A DNA stretch of 63,831 bases, filler included, from Octopus bimaculoides (GCF_001194135.2; 7 parts of 7 records of this genome joined end to end with filler, not necessarily neighbours in it), one strand, 5' to 3'. Shown: positions 51,916 through 63,831, numbered from the whole stretch's first letter. The notes: generated from the letters alone by a model not told the origin. Numbers and translations are program-made.

Positions 51916-53129
51916 TTTGCCACTGTGATGTGTAAAATACTCGCTTCTTATTGAGTAAAATACCCAAATTCTGCAAATTTTAATGGTTAATAACTTTTTA
52001 ATTATGTATTTATAGGAAAAATGAATATTATTTTCATAATCAATATACAAAGCTTAATCCATATACCAAATATGAAAACAATTGAAAACAAATTGTAAAC
52101 AGTGATGAAAACCACAAAGGTCTTGGAGAATTTGTGTCAGTTGCTGATAGTGGTGCAACATCTGCTGTGGTTGCACAAGAACACCCAGGAATCAGAAAGT
52201 AAAACCAAAAAAAAAAAAAAAAATGCTGTTAAGCACTTTTCTACGATGAGCTAACAATTCTGTCAACTCACCACCCTAATAATAATAATAATAGTAATAA
52301 TAATAATAATAATAGTAATAATGGTAACAACAATGACAACATTGAGAGAACAACTGAAAAATAAAATGCAGTACAATGACATAATGATGTACAACGGATT
52401 TGTTTCTTTTTTTGTAGGAAATATGTATGAGAGGTTGAAATGGCAGACAGTCATGTAGAGTTATAAGAAATAACAACAGAAATTCTGAAAACACTAAAAA
52501 CTAAAGAGAAAATAGGATTACAAAAATGTCAAGAAAAAGCCTCCCTAACATGGTTAGATCTGACAAGATTGAAGAAAAGCGGAAAGCGAGAAAGAAGAAA
52601 TGTCACATGTAGTGGCAGAGAAGAGCAGGACTCAGAGACTGAAGGATCTTTTATCACACCACAAACAGCAAAGTCTTCCCAGCAGAAACTTAAACAGAAA
52701 TAAATAAATAATTAAATAAATAAATAAATAGATAAATAAAACCTACATTGCACACACCACACACAACAGAACAAACACAAACAGCAAGAAACTATAAACC
52801 CTNNNNNNNNNNNNNNNNNNNNNNNNNNNNNNNNNNNNNNNNNNNNNNNNNNNNNNNNNNNNNNNNNNNNNNNNNNNNNNNNNNNNNNNNNNNNNNNNNN
52901 NNNNNNNNNNNNNNNNNNNNNNNNNNNNNNNNNNNNNNNNNNNNNNNNNNNNNNNNNNNNNNAAATATATAAATAAAATCTGAATACAAAGATAACTTTA
53001 GAAATATGTGAAGGTTGGGAAGAAACAATTAACCACATTGTCTCTGACTGTTCAGTCTTAACCAAAACAACTGGCTGGAATAAAGAGGATGATGATGATG
53101 ATGACTTCAATAATAATAGTAATAATAAC

Positions 53130-53194
<65 letters not shown>

Positions 53195-53226
53195 TAATAA
53201 TAAGGATAATAATAATAATAATGATA

Positions 53227-53257
<31 letters not shown>

Positions 53258-53264
53258 TAATAAC

Positions 53265-53308
<44 letters not shown>

Positions 53309-53760
53309 TAATAATGATAATAAGGATAATAATTATGATGATAACAACAATAGACACTAATTACTATGATACCAACAGCCTACACAACTCAAGTTCTACA
53401 CAGTTGCCAACCATATCTTATATGATACAATACACACCCTATACAATAACCACCCAATAATATGACCCAAGCAACGTAGAATTCTACACAATCGTCTCTG
53501 ATGTTGAAATATCTAACACCAGACATACAACATACATGAAATAAACACCACTAACATAACAAATAACACATAATATTATCATAATATATCTCATATTCTA
53601 CATAATCTCCATCAAATGTAATAAAGCAACATATATACACTTGTGTACTTGATATCCAGTTCTATACTAGTGATAATTCCCACAAGACATTCTGTACAAC
53701 CTATGTTTGTGTATTTGTTTTGTAAGATTCTTGATGTGAAAACGTGTACTGAAACAGATA

Positions 53761-54256
53761 TTGTTATACTTGGGGAAGGTTATCTTTTTGCCTATTAAAC
53801 AAATGCATGATATATTTGATCTTCACTTCAGCTTTATTATTATTATTATTATTTTTAGTTTACTTATCTGTCAAAGTTCTTTTGTTACACACTCTGTGAC
53901 CTCTTCAGTGATTCTTTGTTCCATGTGTCTCCTCTTGTCCTGCTTATTCCATTTTGTCTTTCTGTGGTGTGTATCTCTATCTGCACATATATGTTTATGA
54001 CTGTATCTGTGTGTGTCTCTATGTTTACTATGTGTGGCCAATGTGCATGTATATGGTTATATTACATGCACATAGAACACAAAAACTGTGTGTGTGTGGC
54101 TGTGTGGCTGTGTGGTAAGAAGCTTGCTTCCCAACCAGATGGTTCCAGGTTCAGTCTCACTGTGAGGCATCTTGGGCAAGTGTCTTTTACTATAGCCTCA
54201 GGCTGACCAAAGCCTTGTGAGTGGATTTGGTAGATGGAAACTGAAAGAAACCCATC

Positions 54257-54307
<51 letters not shown>

Positions 54308-54587
54308 TATCTGTGTTTGTCCCACCATTACTGCTTGACAATCAGTGTTGGTGTGTTTGTGTCCCTGTAACTTTGTAGTGCCACAAAAAAGACCAATAGA
54401 ATAAGTACCAAGCTTTAAAAATATGTACTAGAGTCGATTTCTTTGACTAAAATTCAAGGTGGTGCCCCAGCATGGTCGCAGTCTAATGACTGAAACGAAT
54501 AAAGGAAAACAGGAGACATATGAGACAGAAAGTCAATGAAGAGGTCACAGAATGTGTGACGAAAGTACTTTGAAAGAACAAATAAAC

Positions 54588-54618
<31 letters not shown>

Positions 54619-54712
54619 CTAACGTGAAGATCAATAAATAGTGTGTGTGTGTTTAATTTGCAAAAGATAACCATAATCAAAGGATAACCATTCTATACAA
54701 CTGACACCCATG
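53761..54712. mobile_element. Hammerhead-bearing fold-back element, copy C (inverted arms separated by a SINE)
   Basis: Left arm 53761-53985 and right arm 54505-54712 are inverted homologues; OR-like SINE at 54104-54505. Confidence 0.75.
54104..54505 (+). mobile_element. OR-like SINE
   Basis: gtggctgtgtggtaagaagcttgcttcccaacc...catcttgggcaagtgtctt...gactgaaacgaataaag. Confidence 0.88.
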
Positions 54713-54759
54713 AATATAAGACATCACACACCCTATACAATAAATACCTACCATCCTCA

Positions 54760-55340
54760 TAGCAGCAAAAATGGCTATCTGAGCAACTGAGGGGATGTTT
54801 GAGCAGGCCTCTATAAATAGCAGTGGTCCCAAGACAGTGCCTTGTAGTATACCACTTATTATTTGCATTTCCTTTGAGGTAGCCTTGTTGGCTGCTACTA
54901 CCTGATATCTGTCTTTTAGAAAGCCATGTAACCACTCTTCAAGCTATTCTTTTGGTCAATTCACCTACATTGTTTGATTGGTACCTAGTTTATCCAGTCC
55001 AGACAGATGAAAAATAAAATCAATTCATACAAAATTTGAACGCAAAAACACCTAACTTCAAGCCAGTATATCTGAAAGTTTGCCAGTTCTGCCATTCACA
55101 AAATGATCAGAATTTTTGGATTATTTTAATATCCAAATTGACATACTGAGCATCATTAAAGCGCTTTGTATAGGGACTCTGACAATGTAGCATGAAGCTG
55201 TACTTTGTCTTTGGTTTGCCAAAATACACAGCTACTGTTGCTGGACTGGTTCCAATAGCAACAATAAAATTGTGATATAGCAAGGGAGTCTCATTAATTC
55301 TTCACAGCTGTCCTTTATTAGGACACAAGAGACTCAAAAA
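54760..55340 (-). mobile_element. CR1/L2-type LINE RT fragment
   Basis: ISGILQGTVLGPLLF (RT motif SGVPQG.VLGPLLF) with upstream WL..R.Q remnants. Confidence 0.75.
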
Positions 55341-55609
55341 AGATAGTACTAACCTAAAATTTGTATCTTATATGCTTTATATACATACGTATGTGTGTGT
55401 GTGTATTCAGACACACACACACACACACACACACACATGCACACGCATGCACATGCACATGCACACACGCACACATAAATACATATATAAATGTTATATA
55501 TGTATATATACACATACATATACATATATATATGTACATATATATACACATGCATATACATACTTATGTGTGTGTATATATGTGTGTGTGTGTATATATA
55601 TATATATAT

Positions 55610-55831
55610 CATCATCATTGTTTAACGTCCGCTTTCCATGCTAGCATGGGTTGGACGATTTGACTGAGGACTGGTGAAACCGGATGGCAACACCAGGCTC
55701 CAATCTAATTTGGCAGAGTTTCTACAGCTGGATGCCCTTCCTAACGCCAACCACTCAGAGAGTGTAGTGGGTGCTTTTACGTGTCACCCGCACGAAAATG
55801 GCCACGCTCGAAATGGTGTCTTTTATGTGCC
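55610..55831 (-). mobile_element. RTE-type 3' tail
   Basis: Reverse complement of 40712-40930. Confidence 0.9.
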
Positions 55832-56094
55832 NNNNNNNNNNNNNNNNNNNNNNNNNNNNNNNNNNNNNNNNNNNNTTAATTAATTAANNNNNNNNNNNNN
55901 NNNNNNNNNNNNNNNNNNNNNNNNNNNNNNNGGATTCGACTGAAGAAAGGAAACTCCGAATGACTCGTCCTTGTCTTTTTTTTTGTATCGTCTGTCTGGA
56001 TGTTTTGTGTTCTTGTCCCAATTTGTATTTTATATATATAAAAATATAGCGGCGTACGTACGCTTTAGTCTCATATATATATATATATATATAC

Positions 56095-56200
56095 ACTTGG
56101 AAATGGATGCGTTGCGTTCGATCATATAATAACATAAATAATATATAAATATATTATTCATATTATTATATAATCGAATGCCACGCATCCATTTCCAAGT
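56095..56200. repeat. 106-bp near-perfect palindrome
   Basis: 52-bp arms, 47/52 complementary, 2-nt apex at 56147-48. Confidence 0.92.
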
Positions 56201-56840
56201 AAGTTTTATCTTAATAATTCTGATGCGCACTCTTATTCTATCTCTATTCTTTCTATTTCTATTTATCTCCGTCTCTTATTCTTCCTTTCTGTATTCTCTT
56301 CCACACTTTCCCTATTCTTCTCCTCTTCCCTTCATCGTTCCCCATCTCTCTCTCTCACTCGTCCTTCTTGACTCTCTCTCGTTGCTCACACGTGACCAAC
56401 GGCTATCTGTCTTTCTTTCTTCTACTTCCTTCCTAAATACAAGACGTACTTTTACTTGTCTCTTCTCAAAGCTCGTTTTCCCAGCGTTCACCACTTCACA
56501 TCGTCTTGATTTAACAGCCCTGACCGTTTGTTTTTACTGTTTTGTTCTTACTGCTCTGTTTTTCTTACCAATTTAATCCTACGCAAATAAAAAAACAAAA
56601 AATCCCACCACAACAACCGCAGCGACGACGACGACGACGACGACGACGACCACCACCACCACCACCGTAGCCAGTCATGGTACCGACACAATGCGAGTTT
56701 CCATATTGTCCATCTCTATATTGATAACATACACTGCAACCAGCGCCACCACTGGCAATCCTCCTTACCACTCTCATCCCTCCATTTGATAAGAAACACA
56801 ACTGCTATTACCACCACCACCACCACCCCACCACCACCAT

Positions 56841-56899
<59 letters not shown>

Positions 56900-57462
56900 T
56901 AATAGCACCATCTCCACACTGTCCAGGTACATATTGTTTGATAACAAACATCAATAAAACTACAACCGCCACTACTACCACGGCACCACTACAACCACAA
57001 GCCCCACAATCACCACCACCACCACCATCTCCAATACTGCTACCACTAACCTACTACAGTACCCCTACCACTACTACGCAACGTCATGTATATATATCAC
57101 CAACACTACCACTGCTACCACCACAGTACTATTGTCGCTACCACCAACATACTATCTCCCGTACTACCCGTGTATATATTGTCTGATAATAAAGCAATAC
57201 TATTACCACCACCACCACCACTACCAACAACAACAACGACAACAACAATACAATCACTGTTCCACGACCACCAACAGTATTACCGAAGTTCAAAGACAAC
57301 CACCACTACCATCACAGCACCACCACCACTACAACACAACCTCCCATACTACCCATGTATATAGTGTTTGATAACAAACAGTTGTCAGTTGGGCGTTTTC
57401 CTATTTTTGTCTTCAACAATAAGATATGTTCGAATAATGGGGTGCAGAGGAACTGGAACACT

Positions 57463-57533
<71 letters not shown>

Positions 57534-57599
57534 CAGCAGCAGTAGTAGTACTCCGAAGAAAAATGTGGCATTGAGCCAAAACCAGAAATTATCATAGTT

Positions 57600-57990
57600 T
57601 GATTAATTAATTACAAGGTAGATCGTCGGTCAGCTTTTCATCGGATTTTAGGAGCTGCGCCGTCTTATGTCCCTGCTTTCAAATTCCATTGAGCCAACTT
57701 TCCTCATCTTTACTGTCCAGCTTCTACTTTTCCACGCATGGACATATCAATTGCTAGCAAGGCCAGAGTATTTCGTTTTGCAACCATATCATATTCTCAA
57801 GTTCTACAAGTCAGTAATGTGCTTTACTTTCGTGTTAGCAGTGCGATGTCCTCGTTTTTAAGCTTATCATTACGAAATGTCGTAACTCTCAGTACTGGAT
57901 CTGAATTCTATAGAAAATCTGCAGCGATAAAGTTAATAATGTTCTTTCATTTGTGTTTGTTGTTGGTTTTTGTATTGTCTTTTTCTTTTA
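57600..57990 (-). pseudogene. Possible decayed pogo/Tigger transposase (CENP-B HTH)
   Basis: LENMIWLQNE...QLICPCVEK*KLDSKDEESWLNGI*KQGH loosely fits LE..L..W......P..EKA.......S.GWL..FK.RH. Confidence 0.3.
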
Positions 57991-58316
57991 TACGCATTGT
58001 TTGATAAGGAAATTGCTCAAGTTGAAAACTGAAATCTGCTATCAGCAGTGAACTCTACTCGGCAGAAGCGACCAATAGAGGGCGCTGGCTGGTTTATAAC
58101 TTTATGGCAAAATATTGACTCATTAGTATTATCAAGGAAAACAACACAAAGCTTTCATCAACAACAACAACAACAACAACATTAACAAGGAACAACAGCA
58201 ACAACAACTACTATTACCGCTACTATTGCTACTCCCACCACGACCACCACCACGACCACCACCACGACCACCATCACTACTACTATTAATACAACTAATA
58301 CTACCACTAATACCGT

Positions 58317-58367
<51 letters not shown>

Positions 58368-58378
58368 TACTACTGCTG

Positions 58379-58424
<46 letters not shown>

Positions 58425-58925
58425 AGAAGCAGCACCAGCAACAGCAGCACAGTCGATAGAAAAGAAGAGAACGGCGATAGCGCAAAGCAAGAACGAAAAA
58501 CATCAACAATGACAACATTTGTTAAACAATAACAGCAACAACAACAGCAGCAGCAGCAGCAGCAGCAACAACAACAACAACAACAACAATAGCAACAGCA
58601 ACAATTGTGACTAGTTGCAATCAACAATAATAAGATGAACAACTTTATGAAACTCTGTGTTTCCAACAGTGCCAGTTAGAATTGAGTGTAAACAGAGTTG
58701 GATTTGATTCAATCAATTTAATCGATTTTATTGATTTACGTTTGATTATTGGCTCTTAATTTAGAGCCAAGGGGGGAAAACAGTGCGGCCTTGACTCGCT
58801 AGAAATCGCTGTTGAATCGTACGTAATAACGTTGGAGAAATGTAAATAAAAAAAAAGGTAAAACTAAGCAAAAAAGAACTATACGCTATATACGAAAACG
58901 ATGGGATGACTCTATATCCACTAAG

Positions 58926-59279
58926 GACACAGTTTCGACGAAGAAATACGTGGGCCTTACAGAGGGTAATTTCAAGGCCAGGTTCAATAATCATACCTTG
59001 AGCTTCAGGCACTGGGATGAAAGGAAAACGACCAAATTATCCAGTCATATATGGTCCTTAAAAGATAAAGGTGTCAGTTACAACATCCATTGGAAGGTCT
59101 TAGCTAAGTGTAAGCCCTACACCAACGGCAGCGGATAGTGCGGTCTTAGTGATATGGAAAGATGCCTCATCTGGAAGAAAGGCAGCTTAGACCCCACCAC
59201 ATGTCTAGATTCAAGAACTGAACTCTTTGGGTCATGTCCACATGTGGATAAATATTTGTTACGTTTTTGGTCCCCCTGA
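58926..59279 (+). pseudogene. Penelope-like GIY-YIG endonuclease domain with one in-frame stop
   Basis: KKYVGLTEGNFKARFNNHTLSFRH...TTKLSSHIWSLKDKGVSYNIHWKVL...NGSG*CGL..ME...LDSRTELFGSCPHVDKYLL. Confidence 0.88.
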
Positions 59280-59640
59280 GTTTACTGATAGGGCTTGCTT
59301 TCTATATTGTGTAATAACTAGCGACGTTAATTTAGCAGCTGTAATAATTTCATGAAATATTATTGTAAGTCAATGAATTTTTGCGGTGCATCTAACGAGC
59401 TTCCGCATAGTTTCCTGTTCCAAGATGCATTCACATCGTTTAGATTGCGACGAGGCCAAAGTACGAGCTTGCATAAGATGCCGCGCAGTTCCTTCGAACT
59501 TGGGATCTCATTGTTGTAAAGCAAGCTTCTTAACCCCTCACCCATACGTGCGTTCCTACACACGCACGCACGCAAACGCACACACACATACATACACATA
59601 CACACACGTAGATATGTTCATATGTGTGTGTGTGTGTGTG

Positions 59641-59674
<34 letters not shown>

Positions 59675-60211
59675 CACGCGCGCATATATGCATACATACA
59701 TGCATGCATACATACACATACATACATAAATACATGCGTACATGCACAGTGACTGTTCCATAAGTAATTCAGTATATGAAGCTAGATGTCATATCAAATG
59801 CTGCTTTGCTTCTGGTACATCCGGTATACATTATTGCGAGGTCAGTTCGAGGTGGTGGACGTGGTGGTGGTGGAAAGTTTTCTTCGGTGTATGGCCGCCA
59901 GCAATATGCAACTGGAGCAAAGTGTTTTTTTTTCGTTTTTTTGCAGGTTTTTTTGCCCTTTTCCTCTCTTTCTTTATATTGTAGTTGCTGGTTATGTTGA
60001 TGTTGTTGTTGTTGCTGTTGTTTTTGTTCCTGTTGTCTTATTTTCCTCAAACGAAGTCAGCAGATATAAAATTTGGAACAGGAAGTTTTGTGTACACTGC
60101 CGCAGTGAAATATAAACGCTCTCTTCTGGAAAAGAAAATTTAGGGCGCATCGCAAATTGTGGGAGTTAANNNNNNNNNNNNNNNNNNNNNNNNNNNNNNN
60201 NNNNNNNNNNN

Positions 60212-60562
60212 TCCAGTTGATCCGCTCAACGGAACAGCCTGCTCGTGAAATTAACGTGCAAGTGGCTGAGCACTCCACAGACACATGTACCCTTAACGTA
60301 GTTCTCGGGGATATTCAGCGTGACACAGTGTGACAAGGATGAGCCTTTGAATTACAGGCACAACAGAAACAGGAAGTAAGAGTGAGAGAAAGTTGTGGTA
60401 AAAGAGTACAGCAGGGTTCGCCACCATCCCCTGCCAGAGCCTTGTGGAGCTTTTAGGTGTTTTCGCTCAATAAACACTCACAACGCCCGGTCTTGGAATC
60501 GAAACCGCGATCCTATGACAGCGAGTCCGCTGCCCAAACCACTGGTCCATTGCGCCTCCACT
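60212..60562 (-). mobile_element. tRNA-headed SINE (family 3), near full length
   Basis: Reverse complement aligns to 23768-24245. Confidence 0.92.
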
Positions 60563-60589
60563 AAGCTAGTAGCAATAACTGAGTAATCT

Positions 60590-61050
60590 ACATATCTCAC
60601 ATTTTGAAGGAGTCTCGCAGCAAATGCGGACAATCCATCGATTCCGACTAAATGGTTCTGGAGATTAAAGTACAAATAGAAAAGAAAAGTAACAACAATT
60701 AGAGAAACTGAATTTGTGCGGTGGATTATATGGTAGTAATGTTGCAGTGAGTAAGAATCCTAATATACCATTTTCCTGAGTGAATGAATGGTTCCTAATT
60801 TCGGCACAAGGCCAGACTGATTCTGCTATTTTAGAAGCACGAGCTTTAAAACTCGACTCCTTGACGAGGCAATACTCCGTCAAATCAACTTGGCCTCTCC
60901 ATATTTCGGGAGACTCAGCTAATGAGTCTTTCAAAACAAGAAACATAGAACGAGTACAAAATTCTCTGTTTATCAAGCTGACAGTATATCCAGCCTTCTG
61001 TACGAGTTTGAGTACTGCACCATTTACCAGCCCCAGATCAGACAACTAGA
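60590..61050 (-). mobile_element. Decayed CR1/L2-type LINE 3' region
   Basis: SDLGLV...VQKA...LINREF (cf. RDLG...KA...I.R.F) and terminal DGLSAFAARL (cf. SLSAFK.RL). Confidence 0.5.
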
Positions 61051-61360
61051 ATGTTCCGCACTAGATCACTCCACAGTATTCTCGGTCTCACTTGGAGAAC
61101 AAAGGGCCGCATACCGAAGTTCTCTTGAGGGCTGCGATCTACAACGTTGAGGTCTGCATCCTTCGTCGTCTACTCCGCTGGGTTGACCATATGATTTGAA
61201 TGCCGGGTACCCGGATTCCAAATATGGTCCTCTTCATCGAAATCGAGACCGAAGTGGAAGTGGGCCTCACGGACGTCCAAAAATCCGTTTTCATGATAAT
61301 CCTCAAGCGGTATCTGGTTTTATGATTTTAGGAATTAAGGCTGACGACCTAAGGCCAAAA
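61040..61360 (+). mobile_element. Decayed RTE LINE fragment
   Basis: RSLHSILGLTW...TEVLLRA...RRLLRWVDHMI*MPGTRIPNMVLF. Confidence 0.7.
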
Positions 61361-61692
61361 GCGAACAAAATAAACAACAACAACAACAACAACAAAAACA
61401 ACTGACATTTTTAACAATCAGGCCATCACATCGGGCTGGCATTATACGTCACATAATCAGTCACGTATATTCACTGTTTTACATATCGTATTATTACATG
61501 CTTCGCATTCATTGAAGATCGCAAATATTCTCTGAGATAGCTGCATGAAACCCTGCTGTGGATATAATTACATAGTTTACCTTGGCACACTCACTTATAC
61601 ACACAAGCAAACACACACACACACACGCACACACACACACACAAATACTAATACACTAATGCATACGCATACACTCACAAAAGCAAGACCCT

Positions 61693-61729
<37 letters not shown>

Positions 61730-62372
61730 ATATGTATATGTATATACATATATGTATATGTGTATATATATGTGTATACATATATACAGATATATACTTA
61801 TATATAGTTATATATATACTTATATATAATTAGATGTATATATATATACGCATGGTATGTGTGTATATGTATATATATTTACACACACACACTCACACAT
61901 ATATATATATATAACGTAAGTATGCAAGTCCGCTTGCACCGATTCTCTGTGCGTTTGTGTGTGTGCGTGAGTCTGTGTGTGTGTGTGTGTGTGTGTGCCT
62001 GTGGATGTGTGTGTGACTGTAAACGCACGGTGCAAGTACGTCGTGTATTAAGTCCATGCCACGGTTTCTAATAGATTATCTCGAACTGATATCAACGATA
62101 TTCATGAGAGGAAAAGTCAAAGCAAATATGCGAGTGTGTGAGTGTATTGGTTGGTTAATGAGTATGGGTGAAGAGAGGCATGTGCCAGGGAATATGCGTG
62201 CGCATTTATTTACGCGCGCAAATTACATTTATATACTCACACACATACGAACGTGAAAATGTGTATGTATATNNNNNNNNNNNNNNNNNNNNNNNNNNNN
62301 NNNNNNNNNNNNNNNNTTAATTAATTAANNNNNNNNNNNNNNNNNNNNNNNNNNNNNNNNNNNNNNNNNNNN

Positions 62373-63064
62373 GAGAATGATGTACCGCAGACATCACAGT
62401 GATAAGGTTTCTCTCCGGTATGAAGACGTTTGTGTCTTGTCAAGTCATATTTCTGAGAGAACGGTTTACCACAGATGTTACACTGATATGGCTTCTCCCC
62501 TGTATGAACACGTTTGTGATAACTTAAAGCACTTCGGTCAGAGAATGGTGTACCACAGATATCACAATGATAAGGCTTTTCTCCAGTATGAATACGTTTG
62601 TGAGTAGTCAAGTTATTCCTGTGAAGGAATGATTTACCACAGATGTCACAGTGGAATGGCTTCTCCCCTGTATGAATATGCTTGTGAGAATTTAAATCAC
62701 TTCGGTCAGAGAATGATGTACCACAGACATCACAGTGGTATGGCTTCTCTCCTGTATGAATACGTTTGTGTGTAGTCAAGTTATTACTTTGAGAGAACGA
62801 TTTACCACAAACTTCACAGTGAAATGGCTTCTCTCCTGTATGAATACGTTTGTGTTTAGTCAAGTAAATTTTTTGAGAGAATGATTTACCACAGACGTTA
62901 CAGTGAAATGGCTTTTCACCTGTATGAATACGTTTGTGCTTATTCAAGTTGCCCTTTTCAGAGAATGACTTTTTACAGACATCACAGTCATGTGACAATT
63001 TTTGTTCCCCTTTTTCTTTATCTTCTGGAAAAGTCAGATCTTTTAGTTTCTCACTCTTTTCCAT
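62373..63064 (-). CDS. Tandem C2H2 zinc-finger protein (7 complete fingers + 1 partial; 3' end lost in assembly gap)
   Basis: Uninterrupted ORF from ATG 63064 with repeated CxxC-x12-HxxxH fingers and canonical HTGEKP(F/Y) linkers; short acidic/basic N-terminus [22 protein letters not shown]; T-rich splice acceptor upstream (minus-strand AG at 63425-63424). Confidence 0.93.
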
Positions 63065-63831
63065 TATTTTTCTTCTAAAATCCCAATATATATATATGTT
63101 GTCTTCTTTTTGCTTCTATAGTGTTTCGTTTACAAATATTTTGACTGCTGTGTTTCTGTCCAGTGTTACTTTCGTCTGAATACTCTTTAATAAATTCATC
63201 CAAGTTTAATTTGCAACCAGACTCATCTTGTAGACACTCTAGCCAGTGATGTCCACAAAGTTTGCTAATAACACATTTCAGAGTAAATATATCAGAGGAA
63301 TTCTACCATAGACTTATAGAAACAATGATATATATCTGCTCTGTACAATATTTTCATTTCCGTGTTTAAAAAAAGATAAATAATGAGAATGTATCTTCTG
63401 TTATTCCAATGTCATGTGATATTCTGAAATAATAAAGAAACAACAGTGTAAGATATAGAGGCTACTTAGAAAATACAGATTCAACATTTCCATAGTGACA
63501 ATCTCTAGAAATAAACATTTACCAGAAGAACTTTTTAATTTATTAGAATTTACATGAGAAAATCTTGTTGAAGCTAACATTATTTCTAAACTCCAGCTAC
63601 TCATTCATACTGCACAACATTTATATGTGTATATATATATATATATATATGCGAGTAAAAATAAGACCCTAACCCTAACCCGCGTGTGCAAATGAATACG
63701 TGTTTAGGGTTAGGATCGACCACTCACGACTAGCTAGCGCGGACACGCGACTGCGAGTTCGAGACCGTGTTGCTTTAGTAGTACCTATATTTCGTATGTG
63801 TATTTCGTGTGCAAGATTCTTGATGTGGATA

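Noticed and set aside
59440-59480. gcgacgaggccaaagtacgagctt downstream of the GIY-YIG, resembling a decayed hammerhead
   Set aside because: Both core halves are broken; too degenerate to support.
12700-62256. Many predicted ORFs of poly-YI/CV/HT/I/N/L/S or X runs
   Set aside because: Translations of microsatellites or N gaps; no coding signal.

Overview
AT-rich animal genomic DNA from a gapped draft assembly. The microsatellite load, tRNA-headed SINE families, RTE tails and the style of the C2H2 zinc-finger gene point to a coleoid cephalopod, most likely Octopus (inference). Only one protein-coding gene is well supported: a tandem C2H2 zinc-finger ORF on the minus strand (63064->62373), cut by a gap. 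The rest is mostly microsatellites and decayed transposons: Penelope-like elements (RT and GIY-YIG), R4/Dong-type RLE LINEs, RTE and CR1/L2 LINEs, a Helitron remnant, hAT, Tc1/mariner, pogo and TTAA MITEs, and about 20 SINEs. Almost all ORFs in the supplied track are microsatellite or N-gap artefacts. The most interesting signal is a short non-coding repeat family present three times as head-to-head fold-back pairs (22459-22749, 28509-28764, 53761-54712). Each long arm carries a minimal type-I hammerhead-ribozyme fold, and one copy has an intact catalytic core next to a pre-miRNA-like apex hairpin. All translations and alignments were done by eye; no searches were run, and boundaries are approximate unless a TSD or TIR is quoted.
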